Of a DNA stretch of 64,000 nt, positions 14,901 through 26,815 are shown piece by piece. This DNA comes from Paraphysomonas bandaiensis. Its lineage: Eukaryota; Protista; Chrysophyceae. Position numbers and translations under genes: made by a program. Numbering within the stretch: position 1 is the stretch's first letter; every line of letters begins with the position of its first letter. The stretch is from assembly GCA_965644295.1 (NCBI GenBank), contig CBFFRP010000277.1, positions 1 to 64,000 of the forward strand, in the 5' to 3' direction. The notes under the pieces are model-generated. The model did not search any database. It worked only from the letters and a program-made list of their open reading frames with translations, and had not been told where the DNA came from.

Positions 14901-17161
14901 AAGTAGCTCCTGATCATTCTGGCAGTGTGAGTGTAGATGCCGATGTCGGTGCGGCCAATGAGGATGAGGCCGTAGCTGCAGAAGTGGTGCCCATCGATGA
15001 TGAGTGTACCTCTACACCATCGCGGGACGACGGGGACTCAAACACTGATTCTATTACCCCAGCTGATGAAAGTACGGCCAGTAATTTTGAACATATATCA
15101 GAATCACCTGTAGCTAATGCCAGTAGTGAAGAAGGAATAACAATTCCAAATGAAGTAGCTTCTGATCATTCTGGCAGTGTGAGTGTAGATGCCGATGTCG
15201 GTGCGGCCAATGAGGATGAGATCGTCGGTGCTGAAGAGGTGCCCATCGATGATGAGTGTACCTCTACACCATCGCGGGACGACGGGGACTCAAACACTGA
15301 TTCTATTACCCCAGCTGATGAAAGTACGGCCAGTAATTTTGAACATATACCAGAATCACCTGTAGCTAATGCCAGTAGTGAAGAAGGAATAACAATTCCA
15401 AATGAAGTAGCTTCTGATCATTCTGGCAGTGTGAGTGTAGATGCCGATGTCGGTGCGACCAATGAGGATGAGGCCGTAGCTGCAGAAGTGGTGCCCATCG
15501 ATGATGAGTGTACCTCTACACCATCGCGGGACGACGGGGACTCAAACACTGATTCTATTACCCCAGCTGATGAAAGTACGGCCAGTAATTTTGAACATAT
15601 ATCAGAATCACCTGTAGCTAATGCCAGTAGTGAAGAAGGAATAACAATTCCAAATGAAGTAGCTTCTGATCATTCTGGCAGTGTGAGTGTAGATGCCGAT
15701 GTCGGTGCGGCCAATGAGGATGAGATCGTCGGTGCTGAAGAGGTGCCCATCGATGATGAGTGTACCTCTACACCATCGCGGGACGACGGGGACTCAAACA
15801 CTGATTCTATTACCCCAGCTGATGAAAGTACGGCCAGTAATTTTGAACATATACCAGAATCACCTGTAGCTAATGCCAGTAGTGAAGAAGGAATAACAAT
15901 TCCAAATGAAGTAGCTTCTGATCATTCTGGCAGTGTGAGTGTAGATGCCGATGTCGGTGCGACCAATGAGGATGAGGCCGTAGCTGCAGAAGTGGTGCCC
16001 ATCGATGATGAGTGTACCTCTACACCATCGCGGGACGACGGGGACTCAAACACTGATTCTATTACCCCAGCTGATGAAAGTACGGCCAGTAATTTTGAAC
16101 ATATATCAGAATCACCTGTAGCTAATGCCAGTAGTGAAGAAGGAATAACAATTCCAAATGAAGTAGCTTCTGATCATTCTGGCAGTGTGAGTGTAGATGC
16201 CGATGTCGGTGCGACCAATGAGGATGAGGCCGTAGCTGCAGAAGTGGTGCCCATCGATGATGAGTGTACCTCTACACCATCGCGGGACGACGGGGACTCA
16301 AACACTGATTCTATTACCCCAGCTGATGAAAGTACGGCCAGTAATTTTGAACATATATCAGAATCACCTGTAGCTAATGCCAGTAGTGAAGAAGGAATAA
16401 CAATTCCAAATGAAGTAGCTCCTGATCATTCTGGCAGTGTGAGTGTAGATGCCGATGTCGGTGCGGCCAATGAGGATGAGATCGTCGGTGCAGAAGTGGT
16501 GCCCATCGAAGATGAGTGTACCTCTACACCATCGCGGGACGACGGGGACTCAAACACTGATTCTATTACCCCAGCTGATGAAAGTACGGCCAGTAATTTT
16601 GAACATATATCAGAATCACCTGTAGCTAATGCCAGTAGTGAAGAAGGAATAACAATTCCAAATGAAGTAGCTCCTGATCATTCTGGCAGTGTGAGTGTAG
16701 ATGCCGATGTCGGTGCGACCAATGAGGATGAGATCGTCGGTGCAGAAGTGGTGCCCATCGATGATGAGTGTACCTCTACACCATCGCGGGTCGACGGGGA
16801 CTCAAACACTGATTCTATTACCCCAGCTGATGAAAGTACGGCCAGTAATTTTGAACATATATCAGAATCACCTGTAGCTAATGCCAGTAGTGAAGGAGGA
16901 ATAACAATTCCAAATGAAGTAGCTTCTGATCATTCTGGCAGTGTGAGTGTAGATGCCGATGTCGGTGCGGCCAATGAGGATGAGATTGTCGGTGCAGAAG
17001 TGGTGCCCATCGATGATGAGTGTACCTCTACACCATCGCGGGACGACGGGGACTCATCAAACACTGATTCTATTACCCCAGCTGATGAAAGTACGGCCAG
17101 TAATTTTGAACATATATCAGAATCACCTGTAGCTAATGCCAGTAGTGAAGAAGAGTATTGA
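8988..17161 (+). CDS. Giant formin-like protein (FH2 domain, no FH1 polyproline) with N-terminal ankyrin-like exons, CCDC53-like helical motif, inserted repeats and an acidic tandem-repeat tail
   Basis: Exons 8988-9110, 9159-9335 and 9389-17161 are in frame with GT-AG introns. FH2 motifs: KKLLRLHWKPL...SLW, LDPQRSTNISI, ILVIGNTLNEGT..GSAAGF, SVLDFVV, YFGE. YFKMAKLGIP..HIHQKMSLDGL lies at ~10820-10895. Confidence 0.85.
14621..17152 (+). repeat. Coding tandem array, 10 x 252 bp (84 aa, acidic; last unit 255 bp)
   Basis: AGTGAAG(A/G)AGGAATAACAATTCC unit starts at 14621, 14873, 15125, 15377, 15629, 15881, 16133, 16385, 16637 and 16889. Units are near-identical. Confidence 0.97.
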
Positions 17162-17630
17162 TTGCTCAATATGTAGGGAGAAGGCTGAAATTCATGAACA
17201 TTCACCTGTCGTGGAGTGTATCGATGTTTGATGTACTAGCATTACAACTACCACTGGCAGTATCACAGTAGAATTTGCCACAACTGAAGTTGTGGGTATT
17301 GACGAGATTCAAGGTTCAGAAATGCCTCCGTGGGTCTGAAAAGTATGGAAGATGATTGTGAATAGTGGGTAAGGGGCATCGGAAGGTGAATTTGGATCTG
17401 CGTTACCATAGTTACCGATGAAATTGTTGACATCGTTATAGCCTCCAGTGTATATGACAGCATTTATGAGTTTTAGTTTTTTGATCAATTTCATGTTAAT
17501 AATATAATTATTGTACTTATTGGCAATCTAGCATATTTAGTCAGCGTATTTCACGTGAGATGTCGTACATGAGATGGTGCATTGCTATGCAGTCACGTTG
17601 TGATAATTTAGCTAGCAGTACGTTGCATGA

Positions 17631-18058
17631 TGTTGTTTATGAGTTATATATATAATATGAGAATTAAATATTGAGAGATACTTATGATTACAAATCTATG
17701 CCACATTAGTAACTTTAGTCAAGTGCTTGTAACATAGATTTACTGTTTTGTGACAGAATTTGACATGGAGCAATCGAGGTATGTAACTGAACTTGATATA
17801 CAAGTACTCTTCATTAATTAAAATTGTGATAATCATTTCTCATATACGTTCTTTCACAATCAACATTCGACACTACCAACTAATATTCGACAACCTTAGG
17901 TTGACAGTCTTGTACAGTCAACCTATTTCAGTTTATCTAACTTAGTTCATAGTTCATAGTATTTCATTAAACCCATATCTCATATAGTACTGTGTTCAAG
18001 TACTGACTACTGTATTCTAAAAACATTGAAATTGCTCATCAATGAGCAAAACTCAACA
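17631..18058 (-). repeat. Candidate 3' LTR (428 bp)
   Basis: Bounded by TGTTG (17631) and CAACA (18058), adjacent to the PPT at 18059-18068. No second LTR in the window to confirm the boundaries. Confidence 0.6.
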
Positions 18059-19430
18059 CACCCTCTCAATTCAAAGTTGTAGATTGATCTTTCACACAAC
18101 GAGACATAACTGACTCATACCCAACCACCGAAAACCAACTTGAACAAACTGATGCGCGTCTGACTCTGACATTACAACTAACATCTCCAGAGTCAGAGTT
18201 CTAATGATTTTCTACATCATTAGGCTAATGACTTCCATAAAGCTTTACCGCTATCTGATCACCAGTGTAGCAGTATAGAATCGACCATCCGGATCTACGT
18301 GTACTTTTCCCCAAAGTTATTTGATCTCAATGCGCTTGGAACGTTTATCGTATACTATGGCGTGGGATCGAACAACCCAACTTACAACATCCTCCGAAGT
18401 CACACACATCATGCATACCTGCATACATCACTTGACATTGAGTTTAGACTGATGACGTTGAAACTGTGGACTGTAAAATCAATTGCCAAGTAAGCGGTCC
18501 TCTAGTCGTGGATGTGCGAAAATCTGTGTCTCAAAACAATCCACATCAGTGAAGATATATATATGAATGGTACCCCTGACATTCTGTATTAAGTGAGTCA
18601 TTAGCTTGCACGTAGCCAGAGTTGACTTAGCAGAGTAACGAGAAAACAAGCCAATAGCATAGGCAGTATCAGTTCGAGTATTCATCATCGTATATAACAT
18701 AGCTCCCAATCAACTACAATAGGGAAACTTCTCTACTCCCTCTCTCACAATGGTAGGAAGATGTTTTAGGGCTGGTTGATACTGTCCATTTCATCTGTGG
18801 GCAAAAGTAATCATTAGCCGGTCCAACAAACATCTTTTACTCATACTGAAGATTTTCAGCAAAAGTCTTCTGATTGAGTTTGACGTACCCTTTACCTTGA
18901 GTGACTCTCACATTTAGAAGATGCTCGATTTCCGCATGTCGAACATATCAAATTGGTCAGCATATGCTAGAATACTGTCACCTGCGGACGCATCTACAGC
19001 TCACTCCTCCCGCAGGTACATCAACCCTCACAGTCTAATATAAAACCATGTGTACAGCCTTCTTCCTTTGGGTAGTACTTCCGTGATGTTCATAGAGTTG
19101 ATGAATCAGTCAATCGTCTTCCACCATGACCGCGGGAACTTCTTAGTCCATACACCTTTATAATTCGAAACTGTATCCTGATAGGAGGCCGAAGTCAGGT
19201 GTCGGCTCCATGTAAGTATCTCCCTCGATCTTGGCGTAGCAGAACACGCTGTCAACATCAGTTGATGTACATACATGTTGCAGTTATAAGCCACAATACA
19301 TTCAACTGGAGTGTGGTTGGCATCATGCTCGTAGATATACGCATAGCTTAGTTTAATCAACGCCGACACATACCAGTCCACACCCTCATTATAATAAACA
19401 GCGTTGATGTGGGGAGGATTAGCATACCTG
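17631..19430 (-). mobile_element. Degenerate Ty1/copia retrotransposon 3' part (RT/RNase H relic, PPT, 3' LTR)
   Basis: Minus-strand RT relics MYVHQLMLTAC (YVDD equivalent), QFDMFDM/EIEHLLNVRVTQ and GAMLYTMMNTRTDTAYAIGLFSRY, with many stops and frameshifts. A purine tract (GAGAGGG) lies immediately before the TGTTG LTR start. Confidence 0.8.
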
Positions 19431-19494
19431 CACAGCTGAGCGATCTGGGCGATCTGATCTGAACGGTCTGAAGATATCAGTCGATCTCCCTGCA

Positions 19495-19586
19495 TAGATA
19501 CCCCACATTTTCTATCTAAATAATCTCCTAAATGAGGAATATTGAGAATGAAAATTGATTTTTTGAGAGAAAATGTGGGGTATCTA
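19495..19586. mobile_element. Small MITE-like palindromic element
   Basis: Perfect 19-bp inverted repeat TAGATACCCCACATTTTCT (19495-19513) / AGAAAATGTGGGGTATCTA (19568-19586). The outer TA could be a Tc1/mariner-type TSD. Confidence 0.6.
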
Positions 19587-19891
19587 CATGTACTGTATAT
19601 TTTGTAGCGGGGCTATTTCAATGATGTGGTGCTCGTGATGATTAATATACTCTGTATTGTGTTGGAATACGTTCCAACTGAACTATTGCAGCAACGAGTT
19701 GCTTGGGAGATGCTGCCTGATGTACGTGCGTAGAGTATATATGCACATACCGCATACGCATACACACATTGCGATACATGTACTCCATCTATACATAGGC
19801 GAGTGTTGTCATTGATGGATTGTGACCTCAACTGAAACAAAACTATTCAAAACATATTTGGCAAGTTCATTCACTCAAGTAGGTCGTGAGA

Positions 19892-20950
19892 ATGGCTGCC
19901 GGGAGTTCCTCTTCTGCAGCATGGGTGTATATAACCTTCTGGATAACATGCAGCTGCACTATGGTAATAGTAGCTACATAGAATCATGTGACGCGATTAA
20001 CCTCACATTAATGAATGCAGATTCTATTCAACAAAGCTGTAATGAGCACTCTAGATTTTCCGTTTCCCATGTTTTTGACGACGTGGCACATGGTGCTCGC
20101 CACAGTCATGACTCAGCTGCTATCAAGGACCACGAATTTACTACCCGCTGTTGCCGAGGTAATTGTTGCATTGAGCTATGAAATGCGTAATATATTCTCC
20201 TAGAAAAAAGTTGACACCACGGTGTTACAAACACAAATTTTCCCTGTATCTCTCTTTTTTGCTGTCAGTTTAGTTTTGTCGAATAAAGCCTACATATACC
20301 TCTCTGTATCGTATATACAGATGCTGAAAGCGTTTACTCCAGTCGCAGTGTTGATATTTTCATTTCTAATGGGCCTTGAAAAGTCCTCTTGGAACGAGTT
20401 ATACATCGTTGTTGTGATTTGCGTTGGAGTAGCCATGACATCAGCCGGCGAGCTCCAGTTCTCAATGACTGGCTTCGTCTTTCAGTCAGCTGCCATTGTC
20501 GCCGAGGCCTCCCGTCTTGTTCTAACCAACATCCTCTTGAAGCAACTCAAGCTAGACCCTCTCTCATCTTTGTACTACATCGCCCCTATGTGCTCTGTAT
20601 TCATAGCCATTGCCTTTTTCGCATTTGAATATGACTCTCTTCCCTGGGACACTATGCTCACACCGAACTTTGCTGGTCTGATGTTAATCAACGGTGCCGT
20701 GGCATTCAGCCTCAATATTGCTGTGGTGATGCTCATCTCCAACACCTCTGCTCTCACACTTACCCTGGCGGGTATATTCAAGGATATCCTTCTCGTTGCT
20801 CTCTCGGTGGCCGTTTTTCAGTCACCAGTAACAATGCTACAGCTATTCGGGTACTCTGTGGCGTTAGTCGGCCTTAATTTGCACAAGGAATATAAAAAGA
20901 ACCCTGAGAGGGTCGCGGAGCTTCTTAAATGCTGCCGTGGAGGGACGTAA
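19892..20950 (+). CDS. Triose-phosphate/nucleotide-sugar transporter family (TPT/SLC35E-like)
   Basis: 3 exons. Motifs ILFNKAVM..LDFPFPMFLTTWHM, SNKAYIYLSVSYIQMLKAFTPV, LDPLSSLYYIAP, TSALTLTLAGIFKD. Confidence 0.93.
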
Positions 20951-21373
20951 TGCCTGACGCAGTGGTATTTATTGTGCTTGTGTTTGGTTTCCATATGAAC
21001 ATAATAAGTTCTAGTTCTGACCTCTTTTAAATTCGAATGAAGTGTTTGATTTCACTGGCGCAGTGGTAGTGGGGCTGTTTTGTTTGACAGAATTCGTTCT
21101 TCATCTTTAGCGCTTTATAGAAATTCATTACCGCATGAATTAAGCTACATTACAACAAACGGGGAATAAACTACTTAGGATGTTGAAACTATGTACTATG
21201 TTTCCAGACTCTACGCCACTAGGTATGCTTCACTATGCAATCCTTTGAGAATGGAAAGTTTATGTTACAATCTGCATGTCCTTTTTTATCAAGGCTCTGT
21301 AGCAATTAATTGAAAATCAATTAATTGCCATGATTGAAATAGGGACAACAAATCATAATTACAGTAATAATTG

Positions 21374-23087
21374 GATTCTCTGCCCTACGATGGCAAATAC
21401 AGTCCAACATAAAGTTTCACCCTATTAACCAGCTCCAAGCCCAATGTCTCTATTGAGACCGTGGCTGAGTCACATCAGTGTGCCCAGGGCCTTTTACACT
21501 CCCTTACTGCTGCATTTTGTTGACCACCACGCTTCCGACAAATTACCTGTCACACCATGTTGTACACGCTCCAAGCCCCCCTGCCTGGCCTTGCAACCTT
21601 CACCCTACTCAACTACTTCAGTTAAACCACGTGCCTGCACCAATGCAGCGCTGACCGCACCTATGTGCTATCCCCTCAGCAGACAACTTCGTCTCACCCA
21701 TCGCTTTCTACGGCTACAACCTCTCAGAACATGGCTCGTGCGAGCAGGCTCACGAAAACGACCCCCATGGACCCCCTATGCAATCACTGAATACTCTCGA
21801 TCCCTCTCAACTGTGCAACAGGGCTGCCTTCTGCCGCCCACTCAACCCAACCCAACATGGTTTGTCTGTGGTCTATGCACCCAGCAGGCTACCCCCTCAC
21901 CCTGTTCACCTATCACCCCCACAGCCCATCCATCTCATTGGATAGACACTGTATTCCGCATACGGTATACTCGACTACTGTACTACTGTGTCCTACAGGA
22001 TGTATACCATTCCGTGTACCTGTCTACCTGTACTGTTGGACACATCACCATGTCCATGTACCTGTCTACCTGTACTGTTGGACACATCACCATGTCCATG
22101 TACCTGTCTACCTGTACTGTTGGACACATCACCAGCTCTCTCTCTCTGTCCAACACACTCATATCATCACTGCAGTGTCATACACACACACAGTACACTC
22201 TACCTCCTCCTAGAAAACCCCCGGACAAACTATCGTCTCTCCCTTCGTCTCTGATACCTTGCCGTCATCTTCCTTACACACACTCTCTATGCCTCAGTCT
22301 GTACCCCCCTGCACCAACACAGACACTGACAAGGGCAGCTGAGGACGTCCGAGTGTCTCTTCCAGACCATCATCATCATCACGATCATCTCGTGCATAGG
22401 GCTATCAGAGTACTCGACCTCAGTGACTCTTGTTCTGTTGCGCAGTCTCACTCTCCTCAATCAGATGTTGCCTCTCTTGCACCATCACACTCCCTCTCGA
22501 CTCCCTGTAGCTGGACACACCGGATGACCCTCACATCCCACCCCTGTACAGCTATACACCCTCTTGCATGTGTTCTCTACCGCTGGCTAAGACAGCAAAA
22601 GAGCCGATTTCGACGCTTCTTCACAGTAGGCCATAACCTTTTGCAAGACCTTCATCCACATACCTCCGAGCCACTTGGAACAATGCCTAAAGGAAGGCCA
22701 CCAGATCGCCAATCTCAGAAGGGCATATTACTGTTTCCCCTAACTGCCATAAGGCTAATAAGACAGTCCCCGTGAGGTACATAAGGCTATCTATCATATA
22801 GCGAGTGGAGTCTCATCCCAAGAGGAGACCTCCAGATCACACGCGCCGGTGAGTCCCAGGACACACGATCATGGCGAGCCTCATAACACACACTAAGAAC
22901 GGAAGTGGTTGCACCTTGGTGCTTGCGGCGACGCACAAGCAGCTTCTGTAGCGTTAAATAGTAGGATAAAAGAGTTTGTATTGATTAGTTGCGGGTAGTA
23001 GTCTAACTAGTATGACTAGCATTCTTCTAGCCACTAATTGGTGCAGGCTTTCAACGCCTATTGCTAAATAATCAGACATTCAATATA
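21374..23087 (+). mobile_element. 5'-truncated non-LTR retrotransposon-like copy 1 (ORF C-terminal relic + conserved 3' UTR), 14-bp TSD
   Basis: TACAGTAATAATTG at 21360-21373 and 23088-23101. ORF relic with RKPPDK, PKGRPPD and PKRRPPD motifs. Family core at 22899-22967 and terminal block at 23054-23081. Confidence 0.8.
22015..22134 (+). repeat. 42-bp tandem repeat, ~2.8 copies, inside copy 1
   Basis: TGTACCTGTCTACCTGTACTGTTGGACACATCACCATGTCCA repeated. Confidence 0.95.
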
Positions 23088-23914
23088 TACAGTAATAATT
23101 GTATGCAGCTTGCTTACAAAAATAATACCGTCACTTTGACACTGTGGCAAGATATAGCTGGAGTGCGTATATTAGTTATTACACATAATGATAAGCGGTA
23201 GCAAGTTAAAAGTTTAATCATTAACATGTGTTCATTTATTAGGATTCATCTTAACATACATACACATGCATGCGTTTGCTGCAAATTAACGACAAATCTT
23301 AAGCATATATAAATTTCACCTAATCTCATAGTTCATTACAGTACCATCTAGTTCTCATCATTGCTTGCGCATGTAACAGAAGAGCAATAACTGTACACAC
23401 AATGAATGAACTTATAAGATAGTATATGTGAAATATAATGTTCAATGAAATATATCATGGACTGAATTAGTGATAGTATCTGTTGAGTATACGTAATCGT
23501 CATCATCATAATTGTCATTACTTTTAACTATTCCGTTGTGTGTGATGTTATATTCTGCATTATTATTCACTGTTCTACATTACTATGTTCATCACACTCT
23601 AATAATCACAACATTCTTATTATTACAACAAAGCTTAATTCTGCACTTTCATATGTGCCCATTCTGAAACTGAGAGACAGGTTATACAGTTTGCGGAGCT
23701 TTTGGAAGAAACTTAATTGACGATGTCTACCAGTATGTCAGATCTCAATCATTCCATCATTGAAAATAGTCATTTTTAACATCGAAACTGTTTTAGTACA
23801 AATAATAACAAATCAGACCTGTTGTTAGTTGTTAATGGAACATCATTTTCTGTTGTGAAAATACAATTGGTTTTCTCTCTCTATATCTACTAATTTATTT
23901 AATTCATCAACAAT

Positions 23915-24452
23915 ATGAGCGATAAGAAGCATATATGTACCAGAAGTAAATGTCTTATTATTAGCAAACTGTACCAGAAGTCACTGCGCGAGTTTTATTT
24001 AATGATTTGTTCCTGCAATTCAACTCTAAAGAATGCGAGGAAGCTTTGTAGTCAAACAAGATATCAGCAGCACATGGCAGATAACACATGCTGTGTTAAG
24101 TCTAATTCCAAACGACCTAGAGCATGCCAAACTGGTAAAATTACGGGACTTGAAATTCATTCAGTGTGTGTCAATAGAATTGCAGGAGGAAGATGAACAC
24201 CAGCTCGACCTCCACAGCGTTAAGCGTTCGTACATTGTTTGGCGAATACATCGCATATAGCACCCGATTGTCGGGCGTCATCTGGGCGACAATTCTGTTA
24301 TTATTCATAATGCTGCTTCGAAAAGGCAGTTATGAGGATTCAAGGTGGCAACAAATCCTCACTTACCCGGACGGAAAAGGATCGAATTAATATATCGTCG
24401 CCTCTGGGATGAAATTACTGTTGAGCAAGCTAAGTTGGCAGCTAAAGTGTAG
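23915..24452 (+). pseudogene. Possible decayed ORF of unknown family, interrupted by the 22-bp insertion
   Basis: Coding-like composition across overlapping short ORFs with several stops and frameshifts. No family recognised. Confidence 0.3.
23948..23969 (-). mobile_element. 22-bp extreme 5'-truncated copy 2 of the retro family, 12-bp TSD
   Basis: AAATGTCTTATTATTAGCAA is identical to the 3' end of copy 5 (51460-51479). Flanked by TGTACCAGAAGT at 23936-23947 and 23970-23981. Confidence 0.8.
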
Positions 24453-24788
24453 TGTATAGATACTTGAGTACGTAGTTTAGTACCAATTAAATTTCAATTC
24501 AAGTAATTGGGACAGCAAGTAATAATTGCAATTATAATTGACTGCAATCAGTGTCAATAATTACGCTACCCTGTTTTACACACTGAACCATACAGTACAA
24601 TACTCAATACTCCACAACTTTAACAAGCAATTTGGACTACGTTTCATATGCCGTCCTATTTTCAGGCAACGAAAAATAAGTTTATTCATATTACTTGTCA
24701 GTACATGTTACTATGTGTTACACTATATATGCATTATATAAAATATTACATGCTTCAACAAAAACTACTACTCACACACACATCTATA

Positions 24789-26451
24789 CTATTCTGTAGC
24801 GGACGAAGAAATAGTGGATACAAACTGACCAGCAGAAACGCCACGAATTCTCTTGTGTGAGTGTTTACTTCTCTGCCGAGGTCGTCCTTTGGGAATAACA
24901 TGGTTTGTCATACCAGGTCGTAGACTCAGACGGTACGACGCATCTCCACGCAGAGGTGCATGGGTGGCATCTGTCTCCACGGTGTCCTCCGGCTCTTCTA
25001 GACAGATATTGGGGGGGTTGAATTGATCCACATGATTCGTTAAGCAGGGGTCTGTATGACGAAGAAACCTGTTAACATAAACGACATCAAATGGCATATA
25101 AGACTATGACAATCGCAGCACGCACTCCCGTATCTCATCCACATTTGACGCCATCGCTGAGAGTTTATTGGAACCCTGTTTAACGTATATAGTTGATGTT
25201 GACTTCAGCTCAACTCCCACTAGTCTAGATATTACGCCAATGGTCTAATTGAAAGTTCATTAGAAGACCAATCATGCAGCCGATACTATTACACGCCCTA
25301 CCTCAGCAGGTCTCTCATTCAAGTCTTCATAGTAGACGACAATATGAGGTAAGCCGAGCGCGGCTGCAGTCTGCGCACAATTTTAGCCACCTCAGACGTA
25401 TATTGAAGACACTGACATGTAGCAGTTCGCTGGTCTTGGACCTAATCCTCTGTATATTTCGCTGGAGCTCTTTGAGGTCCAAGGGAGAGCTGTAAAGTTC
25501 ACGCTGCGCCTGCCCACATACCGCCTCCCATCCCGCCTGATCAACCTGCAGTACATCGTAATACACTTTTTAAGTGCAATTTCAAAATCTCCACACCTTT
25601 GACCATCCGTGTGATCCACACTTATCGGCTAGTTGCACAGCTCGAATCATAGAAACGGCCTGGAAAACATAATTCTTGCGAATCAATACCACCACACTGC
25701 AACGCATGAGGGCATAATCATCACACAAACTGGAAACATAAACCAACTGTACCGGTAGTTGTTATTTAAAAGATATGACGAAAACGACTTCAGTACGGTC
25801 GGATGACTGGGAAGTATGTACTTGGGACTAAAAAACTTCTCGTTAAATCCCACCAGCCGGAGGGACTTGTCAGCTGACAGCTTCGATACACTAGATACTA
25901 ATAAATTCAACTCATTAACAGCTGAAACCTCTTTCAAAGGGTTATTTTTATGCTGTCCAGCCAGAGACACCAAAGGCTCAGCAACTAAGCTTACGCCCGT
26001 GTTGTTGTTCAACATCGCCGTTAACCTGAATGATAAATATAACACGCTACGCCACAGTCACAGTAACAGAACCAACCATGTGCTTCCACTTCGCTCTAAG
26101 CATAGTATGGCAAGATGGCTGACGATATCAGTAGCCTGATTTGTCTCGTCTTTGTTTCGGGACAATAATTCGTGTTTTTCACTATAAAACGGAGGCGCTA
26201 TGGTGCATACAAGAAGACTGGATGCTATGAACACTCCCACTAATATCGCCAGAACAGTGTCGGAATGCATATCTGTATAATTCAATCACAACATCATGTG
26301 AGTGTATTGCACCTGAACTTCTATGACATCCAACGCACTCCAACAGCAACTGATGACAGATCGACAGACAGCAGCAGTATGGTATGCCGTATGCGATCAT
26401 ACATACCCGCATACCACAGCTATAGACCTGACTTCTATTTTTCTTCACCAT
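24789..26451 (-). CDS. Membrane-anchored sulfotransferase (Stf0/P-loop-like), multi-exon
   Basis: N-terminal TM (VLAILVGVFIASSLLVC). The 5'-PSB motif LCLERSGSTW|LTAMLNN is spliced across a GT-AG intron. Downstream ORF pieces 25683-26045, 25327-25566 and 24789-25097; exon structure approximate. Confidence 0.65.
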
Positions 26452-26815
26452 ACTGGAGAACGAATTCAGGTATTTGCTGTTTGTCTGAATAAAAAGCCGT
26501 AAAAAAATTGTGGTTTCAAGAAGTGTGATATTAAAAAGGCGGGTATTCGGTATTTCGTTATTTTACTTCTACAAAGTGAATACTGTAGTATCAAACCTTC
26601 GTGTATACCCACCTTATTTATGTGCTCGTTAGTAGGCATGTACAGTATCCTGTTTTTTTGAATCCTCAGCATGCGTACAGCTGAGAGTGTATGTTGTATA
26701 GGTGCCTATATGTGGAATGGCAGACCTTAACATCTCCAGTTCCATAGTTTAAACTAACAAGTAGCAGTGTTCCTGCCTCAGATTGAAATTGCTAATCGAT
26801 AACTATATCTTAGCT

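Noticed and set aside
21444-22775. 443-aa ORF as a host gene
   Set aside because: It lies entirely within TSD-flanked retro copy 1, has low-complexity composition and contains a 42-bp tandem repeat. Treated as an element relic.
22899-22967. Hammerhead ribozyme, SECIS or CRISPR repeat in the family core
   Set aside because: No CUGANGA/GAAA core, no AUGA/GA quartet, and the copies are dispersed, not arrayed with spacers.
23946-23980. Micro-insertion creating a new GT-AG intron (introner-like)
   Set aside because: The available AGs would remove 32 or 35 nt, not the 34 nt added, so the original sequence is not restored. The host ORF also looks decayed.
26027-26078. In-frame TGA in the sulfotransferase
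   Set aside because: It lies inside a GT-AG intron. Splicing gives RSGSTWLTAMLN, so there is no evidence for an alternative genetic code.
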